Origin: Polyangiaceae bacterium
Lineage (GTDB): Bacteria; Myxococcota_A; Polyangia; Polyangiales; Polyangiaceae
NCBI GenBank assembly: GCA_019637265.1
Contig: JAHBVY010000010.1
Location: 2,151 to 66,150 of the forward strand
Direction of reading: 5' to 3'
Length of the DNA stretch: 64,000 nt
The position numbers were made by a program, and so were the translations under genes. The notes below the pieces were generated by a model. That model had not been told where the DNA came from. It was given only the letters and a program-made list of their open reading frames with translations, and made no database searches. Shown here piece by piece: positions 49,431-58,943 of the stretch. The number at the start of each line of letters is the position of its first letter. Position 1 is the first letter of the stretch.

Positions 49431-50591
49431 TCACCGCGAGCTCATGGAGACCAACGGGACGCGCTCCGTGATGTCGAGCCCATACGCGCCGATGCTAGCC
49501 AGCTTACGCGGGCTATTCGAGAGTAACCGAATCCGCCGGAGCCCCAAATCACGGAGCACCTGCGCGCCCAAGCCGTACTCGCGGAGCGCGCCGGGCGCCT
49601 CCTCTGGGGCGCCCTCCTGACCACGCCGCAAGGCGCGCAGCTCGTCACGGAGCGCGCTGCGCGGCGGCAAGTACACCACCACGCCCACCCCCGCGGCTTC
49701 AATCGCGACGATCGCCTCCGCCAGGTGCCGCCCACCCTCGCGCGGCGTGGAAACAAACGTGTCCGCCAAGGTGGAGCCCGCGTGCATGCGGCACAAGACC
49801 GGCCCCTCTGCCTCCGCGAGGTCGCCCTTCACCAGCGCGATCAGCTCGCGACCCTCCACGCTCGCCTCGTAGACCACCGCGCGCCACGCGCTCCCCGTCG
49901 AGTCCAGCTCCACCGTGAGCTCATCCACGCGGCGGATCAGGCGCTCCGTGTGCAAGCGGTAGCTGATGACGTCGGCGATGGAGACCAGCGCCAGCTGGTG
50001 CCGCGCGGCGAATCGTTCGAGCGCCTCACGGTCAGCCAAGCTGCCGTCTTCCGCTAGCACGTCGCACAGGATCCCGGCGGGGGTGCGCCCGGCGAGGCGC
50101 GCGAGATCGATCGCCGCCTCCGTCTTCCCGCTGCGCACCAGCACGCCGCCCGGGCGCCCCTTGAGCGGGAACACGTGACCCGGCGTCACCACGTCGCCCG
50201 CTTCAGCGTCGGGGTTGATGGCGGCGAGCACGGTGCGCGCGCGATCGGCGGCGCTGATGCCCGTGGTGACGCCATGCGCCGCCTCGATGCTCACGGTGAA
50301 CGCGCTCTTCGCCGCGCGGTCGCGGGCGCGCTGCATCATGGGCAGGCCCAGGCGCTCCACCTGCTCCGGGCACAGCGCCAGCGCCACCAGGCCGCGCGCC
50401 TCCGTCGCCATGAAGTTGATGGCCTCCGGGCTCACCTGATCCGCCGCGCGAAGCAGCGCGCCCTCCGTGAGGTGCTCCTGCTCGTCGATCAGCACGATGG
50501 TGTCGCCGCGGCGCAGCGCCTCGATGGCGGCCTTCACGCGGGTGAGGAGCGCGTCGTTCAGCGGGGTCACGGGGGAGGGGGCGTCGGGCAC
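49431..50591 (-). CDS. ribBA: bifunctional 3,4-dihydroxy-2-butanone-4-phosphate synthase / GTP cyclohydrolase II
   Basis: DHBP synthase N-terminal half and a GTP cyclohydrolase II C-terminal half; 386 aa. Confidence 0.9.
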   Translation of the reverse strand: MPDAPSPVTPLNDALLTRVKAAIEALRRGDTIVLIDEQEHLTEGALLRAADQVSPEAINFMATEARGLVALALCPEQVERLGLPMMQRARDRAAKSAFTVSIEAAHGVTTGISAADRARTVLAAINPDAEAGDVVTPGHVFPLKGRPGGVLVRSGKTEAAIDLARLAGRTPAGILCDVLAEDGSLADREALERFAARHQLALVSIADVISYRLHTERLIRRVDELTVELDSTGSAWRAVVYEASVEGRELIALVKGDLAEAEGPVLCRMHAGSTLADTFVSTPREGGRHLAEAIVAIEAAGVGVVVYLPPRSALRDELRALRRGQEGAPEEAPGALREYGLGAQVLRDLGLRRIRLLSNSPRKLASIGAYGLDITERVPLVSMSSR

Positions 50592-50610
50592 GGTGCGTCC
50601 TTGGGCAGCG

Positions 50611-51366
50611 CTAGAGCTTGAAGCCAGCGCTCGCTAGCACGCCTCTCAGGTGAGCGTCACGCGCCGCGGTGTCGCTCTCGCTCGCCGCCTCGTGGTCGCC
50701 TCGCGGCCACGCGCCCGCGAGGTAACGCACGGCGTAGCGCGCCAGTAAGTCGACCTCCAAGTTCACGCGCGCGCCGGGGACGAGCTCACCCAGGGTGGTC
50801 ACCTGGAGCGTGTGGGGGATCAGCATCACCTCGAAGCCGTCGGGCAGGGCCTCCTGCGAAAGCCCGGTTGGTCCCGTAGGGGCAGGCCCCCGTGCCTGCC
50901 CCTCAAACGCCGGCGGCCCCAGCAGGCGATTGACGGTGAGCGACACGCCGTCCAGCGTGACCGAGCCCTTGGCCGCGATGAAGCGCATCAGCTCCGGCGG
51001 CGCACGGAACGCGTGAGAAATCGCCTCACCCGCGCGGGTTTGGCTCGAGAGCTCCGCGGTGCCGTCCACGTGACCGCTCACCCAGTGGCCTCCCAGCCGC
51101 GCGCCCACCTGCAGGCTGCGCTCGAGGTTCACGCGGGCGCCCAGCGGGAGCGCGCCCAAGCGCGTGAGCGCCGCGGTCTCCTGGCTCACGTCCGCCGCGA
51201 AGCCACCCTGCCCAAAGCGCGTGACCGTCAGGCAAGCACCCGCCACCGCGATCGACTCACCCAGGCTGTACTCGGTGAAGGGCGCCTCGATCCACAGCTC
51301 GAACCCCGGGCCCCGCCGCTCCCGGCGCTTCAAGCACCCGACCGCCTCCACGAGCCCCGTGAACAT
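50611..51366 (-). CDS. ribE: riboflavin synthase alpha subunit
   Basis: Start placed at the internal ATG giving 'MFTGLVEAVG'. It has two lumazine-binding repeats ('GACLTV...', 'GHWVSGHVDG'). Confidence 0.85.
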   Translation of the reverse strand: MFTGLVEAVGCLKRRERRGPGFELWIEAPFTEYSLGESIAVAGACLTVTRFGQGGFAADVSQETAALTRLGALPLGARVNLERSLQVGARLGGHWVSGHVDGTAELSSQTRAGEAISHAFRAPPELMRFIAAKGSVTLDGVSLTVNRLLGPPAFEGQARGPAPTGPTGLSQEALPDGFEVMLIPHTLQVTTLGELVPGARVNLEVDLLARYAVRYLAGAWPRGDHEAASESDTAARDAHLRGVLASAGFKL

Positions 51367-51528
51367 ACCGCCCCATAGCACCCCCAAGCGAGTCACCCAA
51401 CGCGCCGAGGTCGTGATCACGCGCAGGCCGAGCCCTCCTTCCCGCTCCCAGCGCCCGGTTCTGAGGCGGTGTTTCAGAAGTCAAAGACGCGGCCCGTTCC
51501 CCGACTCGAAGCGGCGCCAGGGTGGACG

Positions 51529-51716
51529 GGGACCTGCACCGTGGAATGCGATATCGAGGTAGGGGCGGGTTTCAACCCGCCCACACACGCCGCCTGAACC
51601 GTGGAATGGCTCAGCACGCGATATCGAGGCGACGTGCCGAAGGGCGGACGGGACCTGAACCGCGGGATGGTTCAGCACGCGATATCGAGGTAGGGGCGGG
51701 TTTCAAACCCGCCCGC
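51529..51716. repeat. composite tandem-repeat region: three ~36-50-bp units interleaved with two copies of the GTAGGGGCGGGTTTCAAACCCGCCC hairpin element
   Basis: Units ...ACCTG(A/C)ACCG(T/C)GG(A/G)ATGG(C/T)TCAGCACGCGATATCGAGG at ~51529, 51593 and 51655. Hairpin copies at 51559..51582 and 51690..51716. The region lies between divergent ribE and the lipoprotein gene at 51799. Confidence 0.7.
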
Positions 51717-51798
51717 TCACAGAATTCACTAAAAATCCAATCATATCAACAGGTTAGCCCCTATTGCGCGGCGCGCTGAAAGCGGCCACGATCCGGCC

Positions 51799-52278
51799 GT
51801 GCGTCGCCTCCCCTGGCTTGGTCTCCCCGCTGCGCTCGCGCTGTGCGCGCTCCCGGGGTGCGGCGCGGGGTTCGAGGCGCTGCACGAGAGCGAGGTCCGC
51901 TTCGAGCACTGCTACCGCCTCGACTTGGAGGCGCGGGCAGCGCCAACCCACCGCCTGTTCTGTTGGCAGGAGTGGCTGGAGACGCACACCGCCGACCAGC
52001 CGCGCGATCGGGTCCGCCACGCCGAGCGCCGGGTCGCCTCACTCACCGCGGGGGACGACCGCCCGGAGCCCTTGGTCATCGGTGAGCCCGCGGACGCGGA
52101 GCAAGACCCAGCTCGAGCCCTGCTGGACGACCCCACCCAAGCGACCCTCGCCGCCAGGGAGGACAGCCCCGGCGCCTGCGAAGCCGCCTGCTACGCGCGG
52201 CTCAATGAGTGCCGCTCGGGCGGCGACGCGAGCTGCGCGTCGGAGTACGCCACCTGCGCAGGGCGTTGTGAGCCTTGA
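51799..52278 (+). CDS. small lipoprotein with a Cys-rich C-terminus
   Basis: Signal/lipobox 'LALCALPGCGAG' and 8 Cys in 159 aa. The overlapping alternative frame (51764..52354) is Ala/Arg-rich and judged an artifact. Confidence 0.5.
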   Translation: MRRLPWLGLPAALALCALPGCGAGFEALHESEVRFEHCYRLDLEARAAPTHRLFCWQEWLETHTADQPRDRVRHAERRVASLTAGDDRPEPLVIGEPADAEQDPARALLDDPTQATLAAREDSPGACEAACYARLNECRSGGDASCASEYATCAGRCEP

Positions 52279-52379
52279 GCCGCTGCTCGATGTGAGACGG
52301 AGGCAGCACCTGACGCACCTACATCCTGCGACCCTTTCCTTCGCGTTTAGTTGACCCCGTTCGAGCGCCGGCGCTACCG

Positions 52380-53612
52380 GTGAGAGACCCTATGGAAGCT
52401 CCCCATCCTTTGCTCGGTGGCATGACGTCCGCGTTGGCCACGCCGCTGCCGCGCGTGCTGCGCCCGCGACGTGCGCTGCCGGCGAGCAGCGTGCGCCCCA
52501 CCCGCGCCGAGGTGAACCTCGCGCACCTGCGCCACAACCTGCACGTGGTCGAGCGCCACGCGGGCGACGCTCAGGTGTGGGCGGTGCTGAAGGCTGACGG
52601 TTACGGCCACGGCGCGAAGGCGGTGGCGCGCACCTTGGAGCGCGCTGGGGTGAAGGGGATCTGCGTGGCGCTGCTGGAGGAGGGGGTGGAGCTCCGCGAG
52701 GCGGGCATCAAGGCGCCGATTTTGGTCATGGGGTCTTACTATGGCCGCGCCTACGGTGAGCTCCTGCGCCATGAGCTCACGCCGGTGCTGAGCGACGTGG
52801 GTCAGCTGCACGCCCTAGCGGAGGAGGTGCGCTTCACCGGCGGTGAGGTGACGCCAGTGCACCTCAAGGTGGACACCGGGATGGCGCGGCTCGGCGCGCT
52901 GCCGCGCGACGTGCAGGCGCTGGGTGAGGCGCTCCGTTCGCTGCCGGAGCTGCGCTTCGAGGGGTTGATGACGCACCTCGCCTGCGCGGATCTGAGCACG
53001 GCGGAGGGCGTCACGGAGCAGCTCTCACTGTTCGAAGAGGCCACTCGAACACTGGCCGCGTTGGGGCTCACCGCGCGGGTGCGCCACGCGGCGAACAGCG
53101 CGGCGGTGCTCTCGAGCCCGGCGAGCCGGCTCGACATGGTGCGCCCCGGGGTGGCGCTGTTCGGGGTGGCGCCTGGTGAGGTCGGCTGTCCTGATCTGCG
53201 GCCGGTGATGTCGATCAAGAGCGAGCTCATCAGCGTACGCGACGTGCAGCCGGGACAAGGCGTCGGCTACGGCTGGAGTTTCCGCGCAGAAAAGCTGACG
53301 CGGGTGGCGACGCTCCCCATGGGCTACGCGGACGGCCTGAGCCGCGCGCTCTCGAACCGCGGTCACGTGCTGGTGCGCGGGCGGCGGGCGCCCATCGTGG
53401 GCGTGGTGAGCATGGACATGACGATGGTGGACGTCACCGACATCCCCGGCGCCGAGGTGGGCGACGAGGTGGTGTTGATGGGCACCCAAAAAGGCCTCTT
53501 GGGTGAGGACACCCTCTCCGCCGCCGAGATCGCCGAGCAGCTCGGCACCATCCCCTGGGAGGTGCTCACCGCCGTCTCGCGCCGGGTGCCGCGCTTCTAC
53601 CGCGAGCCTTGA
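52380..53612 (+). CDS. alr: alanine racemase
   Basis: 'AVLKADGYGHG' carries the PLP-binding Lys, and 'RPTRAEVNLAHLRHNL' is an Alr-type N-terminus. The start (GTG 52380 or ATG 52392/52422) is ambiguous. Confidence 0.85.
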   Translation: MRDPMEAPHPLLGGMTSALATPLPRVLRPRRALPASSVRPTRAEVNLAHLRHNLHVVERHAGDAQVWAVLKADGYGHGAKAVARTLERAGVKGICVALLEEGVELREAGIKAPILVMGSYYGRAYGELLRHELTPVLSDVGQLHALAEEVRFTGGEVTPVHLKVDTGMARLGALPRDVQALGEALRSLPELRFEGLMTHLACADLSTAEGVTEQLSLFEEATRTLAALGLTARVRHAANSAAVLSSPASRLDMVRPGVALFGVAPGEVGCPDLRPVMSIKSELISVRDVQPGQGVGYGWSFRAEKLTRVATLPMGYADGLSRALSNRGHVLVRGRRAPIVGVVSMDMTMVDVTDIPGAEVGDEVVLMGTQKGLLGEDTLSAAEIAEQLGTIPWEVLTAVSRRVPRFYREP

Positions 53613-53696
53613 GCCGCGCCCGCGCCGAGCACCCATTCGGCGCGCTATTGGTGAGCACCAGCTCGGTGCGCTGACGAGGTGCTCCAGGAGAGCGCC

Positions 53697-55055
53697 CTAC
53701 CTGCGCTTCGTCTCGCACTGAGCGCGCGCGTGCGCCTCGAGCTCGCGCGACAGCACGTGGGCGATGCGGCTGCCCATGAACGCCGCGCCCTTCTCCGTGA
53801 AGTGATACAGGTCGCCGCCCGCGAGCCCATGGCGAGAGAAGCGCGCCATGGAGGCCTCCCCACCCATTGCCTCGCGGAAATCCCAGAAGGCCACCTGCTC
53901 TTCAGCGGCGGCCGCCGCCAAGGCGCGCGACACCTTCACGATGGCGGGCCGCGACTGGGAGGCGCCAGCGTTCGCCACCTGATCCGGCGGGCTCATCACC
54001 AGCACGGCCACGCGCGGGTTCGCGCGGCGGTGCACCTCGAGGATCTGCTTCAGCGCCTTGGGGTTGTCCCCCGCGCGGAACAGGTTGGTTCCCAAGAGGA
54101 AAATCACCAGATCATAGCTCCGGATCCGGAGCATCTGCTCGGTGGTCTTCGGCTCGAGCTCCGCCAGCGCGTAGTACCCAACCCCCCCGATCCCGAGCGA
54201 ATCCACCACGATGCCTCGGTCGCGCTCCAGCACCACCCCGAAGAGCTTGAGCTCCCGCGTGCTCTTCGCCACCACGTCCAGCCGGTGCGGCCCATCAGGT
54301 AAGCTGACCTCTGCCAAGCGCACCTCGGAGGAGCCCTCCGCCGTCACTCGTTCTATTTCCTTACCATCTGCGACGATGGCGAACTCACCCGGCTTCTCGC
54401 GGCCCAGGTAGTACACGCCGAAGCGGCTCACGCGGGTGCCCACCGGTGAGCCCTCCGGCGCTGTGGCGTAGCGCGCGTAGGCGCCGGGCGAGCGAGTCGC
54501 GGCGGCGATCCCCGCGGAGCCATAGACGTGCTTCGGCTCGCGCAGCGTGGTGGGGCAATACAAGCGCCAGTTGCCGAAGGCGTCGTGGCTGACGTCGACG
54601 TGCTGATACCAACGCCACGGGCGCCCCACCGCGACGTAGCCATGCCCACCGTCGCCATAGATCCCTTGGAGCACGCGCCGGAGCTCACCGCTCAGGAAGT
54701 CGAGGGTGAGGTTGCTGTCACCGTAGAAGCCGATGCGCAGGGGGCGATCGAGCTCTCCCCTGAGGTGAGCGAGCACCTGATCGAAGAAGGGAGCCAAGGC
54801 CTCCGGCCGCTCGATGGCGGGCAGCGGTGGCTCCAACGGACCGCTGCGAGGCGGTGGGACGGTGATGCTCGGCGGCTCGCAGCGCGCTTTGAGCTCGGGC
54901 TCGTCAGATGGGTCGGGCTCCGCCGACGCAGCGGAGCTGCTTAGGGAGCCTGACGATCGAGGATCGGGTCCCTGACCGGTGCTCACGGCGCCGCCAGCGG
55001 AGGGGCCACAGGCAGGGAGCAGCGACCCCAGTGAGACGAGCAGCCCAAGCAGCAT
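53697..55055 (-). CDS. SGNH/GDSL-family hydrolase lipoprotein
   Basis: Start placed at the internal ATG giving the lipoprotein signal 'MLLGLLVSLGSLLPACG'. It has 'IGFYGDSN' (GDS block), 'FLLGTN' and a 'DxxH'-like C-terminal block. Confidence 0.7.
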   Translation of the reverse strand: MLLGLLVSLGSLLPACGPSAGGAVSTGQGPDPRSSGSLSSSAASAEPDPSDEPELKARCEPPSITVPPPRSGPLEPPLPAIERPEALAPFFDQVLAHLRGELDRPLRIGFYGDSNLTLDFLSGELRRVLQGIYGDGGHGYVAVGRPWRWYQHVDVSHDAFGNWRLYCPTTLREPKHVYGSAGIAAATRSPGAYARYATAPEGSPVGTRVSRFGVYYLGREKPGEFAIVADGKEIERVTAEGSSEVRLAEVSLPDGPHRLDVVAKSTRELKLFGVVLERDRGIVVDSLGIGGVGYYALAELEPKTTEQMLRIRSYDLVIFLLGTNLFRAGDNPKALKQILEVHRRANPRVAVLVMSPPDQVANAGASQSRPAIVKVSRALAAAAAEEQVAFWDFREAMGGEASMARFSRHGLAGGDLYHFTEKGAAFMGSRIAHVLSRELEAHARAQCETKRR

Positions 55056-55646
55056 GGAGCGGGGTCCCGTCGAGGCGAGGAACGAGGCCTCCGAACGGAC
55101 GGCGGGCCTGTGCAGGCGAGGGGCGCGAGCCATGGCCGCAGCGTACTGCGTCCAGCGCACCAGGCGGGCACAGCGCCCTCCTATCGATACTCTGCGGTGC
55201 CCGCAGCTGACGTGGTGATGAGCTGGCAGGAGCCGGCCCGAAGGCCTGAGATCGGCGAAGCCTTCGCGCAACCTCAGGCCGCCGACCGTGTAGGGGCAGG
55301 CCCCCGTGCCTGCCCCGCCCCAAGCCTTCGCGCAACCTCAGGGGCCCTTCGCGGCGCCCCCGCAGGCCGGAACACACCGAATTTACATGAGATTTCGCCG
55401 CTTGACTTGGCACCCGAGCGGTGGGAAGGGAGGAGGCAGGAGGCTCCGGGGCGGCATGTGGCCAGCCTGGGCGCCACCGCCAGATCATGTCCCCCCGCCG
55501 CGTCGTCCACCAACGTTGCATCGCCCTCGAGCGCACCGTCGCTCAGGAGCGCATCACGCTTCGCGAGAGCCATGTCGCCTCCAAGCGCGGTGCGGCCGCG
55601 GGCGCGTTGGCAGGCACCGCGCGGGTCGAGCCTTCTTTGAGCGCCC

Positions 55647-58178
55647 ATGGCACGAAACCTACTCGTCATCAATGTCGCCCTGCGGGAGACCCGCGTCGCC
55701 CTGATTGAAGACGGCGTCATCGCCGAGCTCCAAATCGAGCGTGCCCGAGCGCGCAACACCGTCGGTAACATCATCCTGGGGAAGGTCACGCGCGTGCTGC
55801 CAGGCATGCAGGCGGCCTTCATCGACGTGGGGATGGACCGCGCCGCGTTCCTCCACGTCGAGGATCTGATCCGCCCTCACGACTTCGAGGACTACCTCGC
55901 GGGCGCCGCCCAATCGGTCGAGCGCAAGAGCGACCTGGAGTCCGACACGGACGATGAGGGGGCCGAGGCCGGTCCGGTGGCCGCTTCGGATGCGGGTGCG
56001 GGCTCGGATCGGGGGGTTGGTAGCGCCCGAGCGGCGCAGTCGCGCGACGCAGGCGATGCGGTGGCCCTGAGCGATGCAGTGAGCGACCCTGACGACGTGC
56101 CGATCGCCTCATCAGAGGACGAGGATGACGACGTCGAGGTGATATCCCCCGCGTTGGACAGCGACGAGGACGACACGTCGGACGACGACGAGGACGACGC
56201 ATCCGATGAAGACGATGACGAGTCGGATGACGACGATGAGTCAGAGGACGACGACGAGTCGGATGACGCGGACGACGACGATGAGTCGGACGATGCAGAT
56301 GATGACGACGACGCGGATGACGCAGACGACGACGATGAGTCGGACGATGCGGAGGACACAGACGACGAGTCAGATGACGACGACGATGAGTCGGATGACG
56401 ACGAGTCAGATGACACGGACGACGACGATGAGTCGGACGACGACGAGTCGGATGACGCAGACGACGACGATGAGTCGGACGACGACGCGGATGATGATGA
56501 CGGGGTCGAGGCGACGCACGCCTCACGCGACGACGACGCGGATGGCGCAGACGACGATCCGGCAGATGACACCGACGACGTAGAGATCATCTCGGCCACT
56601 GCTGATGGATCCGAGACGCCAGCTGCCGAGGGTGAGCCGACGCGCGTCCGGGTGCGCCGCCGCGTGGATCCACTCCCCGAAGAGCCAGAGGCTGGCGAGG
56701 AGGCCTCCAGCGAAGAGGCAGGCGCGTCGGCAGAGGGTGGCGATGGGCGCCGTCGGCGTCGTCGGCGCGGGCGGCGTCGTCGTGGCAATGAAGCGGCTCA
56801 GCAACCAGCCGCCGTCGCGACGCCCCAGCCAGAGGCGCCGAAGGAGTCCGGCCGGCGCTCCGCTGAAGAGCGTCGGGGTCGCGACAAGCGCCAGCGCCGC
56901 GGCTCCAAGCAAGCCGAAGCGCGGACCGAGACGCCGAAGCGCGGCGCCACGCCCGCGCGCGTCTCACGCTCGGTGCCGATCACCGAGGTGGTACGCGAAG
57001 GTGACGAGGTGGTGGTGCAGATCTCGAAGGAGCCCATCGGCACCAAGGGCGCGCGCGTCACCAGCCACGTGTCGCTGCCCGGTCGCCACGTGGTGTACCT
57101 GCCCACGGTGGAGCACATCGGGATCTCCAAGCGCATCGGGTCGTTCCACGAGCGCCAGCGGCTGCGCAAGGCGATCGAATCCGTGAAGCCGCCCACTGGT
57201 GGCCTCATCGTGCGCACGGTGGCCGAGGGCCTCACCAAGAAGCACTTGAAGGAGGACATCGGCTACCTGCTCAAGCTCTGGGCCGACGTCGCGAAGCGCC
57301 GTGAGTCGGCGCGCGCCCCCACGGTGCTCTACGAGGAGCTCGATCTGGTACTCAAGGTGGTGCGCGATCTGTTCACCGATGAGATCGAGAAGATCGTCAT
57401 CGACGACAAGGAGCAGTACGCGCGCATCATCCGCTTCGCGGAGATGTTCATGCCCACCCGGGTGAAGGACATCGAGCTCTACACCGGGGAAGATCCCATC
57501 TTCGACGCGTACGGCATCGAGGACGAGATCGCGCGGGCGCTGAGCCGCAAGGTGCCGCTGCCGAGCGGCGGCTACCTGATCCTAGATCAGGCAGAGGCGC
57601 TGACGGCCATCGACGTGAACACCGGGCGCTACGTCGGCAAGGGTAGCAAGGACCTCGAAGAGACCGCCCTCAAGACGAACCTGGAGGCCGTCGATGAGAT
57701 CGCCTACCAGCTCCGCTTCCGCAACATCGGCGGGCTCGTGATCCTCGACTTGATCGACATGGAGAACGCCAAGAACCGCGACAAGGTGTGGCGCGCCTTG
57801 GAGCAGCGGCTCGAGCGGGACAAGGCCAAGACGACGCTGAACCGCATCAGTGAGCTGGGCCTCATCGAGATGACGCGCAAGCGCACCCGGGAGAGCCTGG
57901 GGCGCACCATGCACGAGCCGTGCTTCTACTGCGACGGCACCGGGCAAATCATGAGCCGCACCACCATCGCCTATGAAATCTTGCGTCAGGTGCGGCGCGA
58001 GCTGCACCAGTTGCCGGGGTACTCGGTGCACGTGAACGCGCACCCCGCCGTGGTGGATTTGCTGAAGACGGAGGAGCGCGACGCCGTCGTCGAGGCCGAG
58101 CGCCGATACATGCGGCGCATCGAGTTCACGGCGCGCCGCGAGTACCACATCGAGCAGTTCGACCTCGAGGGGAAGTGA
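55647..58178 (+). CDS. ribonuclease E/G family endoribonuclease with a ~300-aa acidic low-complexity insertion
   Basis: S1-like N-terminus, the RNase E/G catalytic core ('VVQISKEPIGTKGARVTSHVSLPGRHVVYLP', 'DFIRMENAKNR'-like region, 'CFYCDGTGQIM' Zn-link), and an Asp/Glu/Ser-rich tandem-repeat insertion at ~55950..56600. Confidence 0.9.
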   Translation: MARNLLVINVALRETRVALIEDGVIAELQIERARARNTVGNIILGKVTRVLPGMQAAFIDVGMDRAAFLHVEDLIRPHDFEDYLAGAAQSVERKSDLESDTDDEGAEAGPVAASDAGAGSDRGVGSARAAQSRDAGDAVALSDAVSDPDDVPIASSEDEDDDVEVISPALDSDEDDTSDDDEDDASDEDDDESDDDDESEDDDESDDADDDDESDDADDDDDADDADDDDESDDAEDTDDESDDDDDESDDDESDDTDDDDESDDDESDDADDDDESDDDADDDDGVEATHASRDDDADGADDDPADDTDDVEIISATADGSETPAAEGEPTRVRVRRRVDPLPEEPEAGEEASSEEAGASAEGGDGRRRRRRRGRRRRGNEAAQQPAAVATPQPEAPKESGRRSAEERRGRDKRQRRGSKQAEARTETPKRGATPARVSRSVPITEVVREGDEVVVQISKEPIGTKGARVTSHVSLPGRHVVYLPTVEHIGISKRIGSFHERQRLRKAIESVKPPTGGLIVRTVAEGLTKKHLKEDIGYLLKLWADVAKRRESARAPTVLYEELDLVLKVVRDLFTDEIEKIVIDDKEQYARIIRFAEMFMPTRVKDIELYTGEDPIFDAYGIEDEIARALSRKVPLPSGGYLILDQAEALTAIDVNTGRYVGKGSKDLEETALKTNLEAVDEIAYQLRFRNIGGLVILDLIDMENAKNRDKVWRALEQRLERDKAKTTLNRISELGLIEMTRKRTRESLGRTMHEPCFYCDGTGQIMSRTTIAYEILRQVRRELHQLPGYSVHVNAHPAVVDLLKTEERDAVVEAERRYMRRIEFTARREYHIEQFDLEGK

Positions 58179-58478
58179 GTGGCGAGGCGAGAGCAGCGGC
58201 TCACCATCAACAAGGAGTTCGACTCCTTCGATCAGTTCATCCAGGAGTACGTCACCAACATCTCGCAGAGCGGCGTCTTCATCAAAACCAAGACGCCGCT
58301 CCCCGTGGGCTCTGAAGTGGAGCTGCGCTTCACGGTGATCATGGACGACATCGAGACGATCGAAGGCACCGGCGAGGTGGTGCGCGTCGAGTCCGATCCC
58401 CCCGGCATGGGCGTCGTCTTCAAGGAGCTCTCGGGCTACTCCCAAGCCCTCCTCAGCAAGCTCCTGACCCGCCGCTAG
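58179..58478 (+). CDS. PilZ-domain protein
   Basis: 99 aa with 'RREQRL' and 'DxSxxGxF' ('NISQSGVFIKT') PilZ motifs. It starts at the nucleotide after the RNase E/G stop. Confidence 0.75.
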   Translation: MARREQRLTINKEFDSFDQFIQEYVTNISQSGVFIKTKTPLPVGSEVELRFTVIMDDIETIEGTGEVVRVESDPPGMGVVFKELSGYSQALLSKLLTRR

Positions 58479-58570
58479 CACGACGAAACGGGCCACCGCT
58501 CGCCGTGCTCGAACAGCAACCAGACCTCGTCAGCTAAGCCGACCAGCCGCCGCTCGCTCAGCGGCGCTGA

Positions 58571-58684
58571 TCAGTTCGGGTTGATGCTGGCGCGGCGGCG
58601 GTTGTTCTTCGCCTTGTTCTTCGCCGTCTTGCGGGCGGAGCGGGTGCGGTCGGTCTTGCGGGGCTTCTTCGTGAACAGGAACAT
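58571..58684 (-). CDS. possible small basic protein (37 aa: MFLFTKKPRKTDRTRSARKTAKNKAKNNRRRASINPN)
   Basis: ATG to stop ORF just downstream of mglA on the same strand. It is extremely Lys/Arg-rich. It falls below the ORF-track length cutoff and there is no family assignment. Confidence 0.25.
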   Translation of the reverse strand: MFLFTKKPRKTDRTRSARKTAKNKAKNNRRRASINPN

Positions 58685-58943
58685 GGGGGGCAGGGCTTAC
58701 GCTCGAACGCAGTCATGTTCAAGCAGAACGTGCGTCGTGACGCCGAGCGCCTTGGCCTCCTGAACGGATCGACAGCAACGGCCTCGGGGCGCAGCCCGGC
58801 CGACCTGCGAGCGTCCACGAGAGGCGCACGCGCCCGGCGGGCTGCAATGGTGGACGGGATGGCGGGCCGTCAGTGTACCTGATCGCTCGCGGCACGCCGC
58901 AGGGGCGCGGCTCGCCCCCCCACTGACGCGGCCGACCGCGGCC

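Noticed and set aside
51529-51716. Possible CRISPR array (regularly spaced ~36-bp repeats)
   Set aside because: There are only three degenerate units. The 'spacers' are themselves copies of a hairpin element found elsewhere (38551). Repeat lengths are unequal, and no cas genes are present in the window.
51367-51760. FMN riboswitch expected upstream of ribE
   Set aside because: Neither strand contains the conserved FMN-element blocks (GGGGCAGGGUGAAAUUCCC / CCGACAGUGAAAGUCUGGAUG). The call is left open pending a covariance-model scan.
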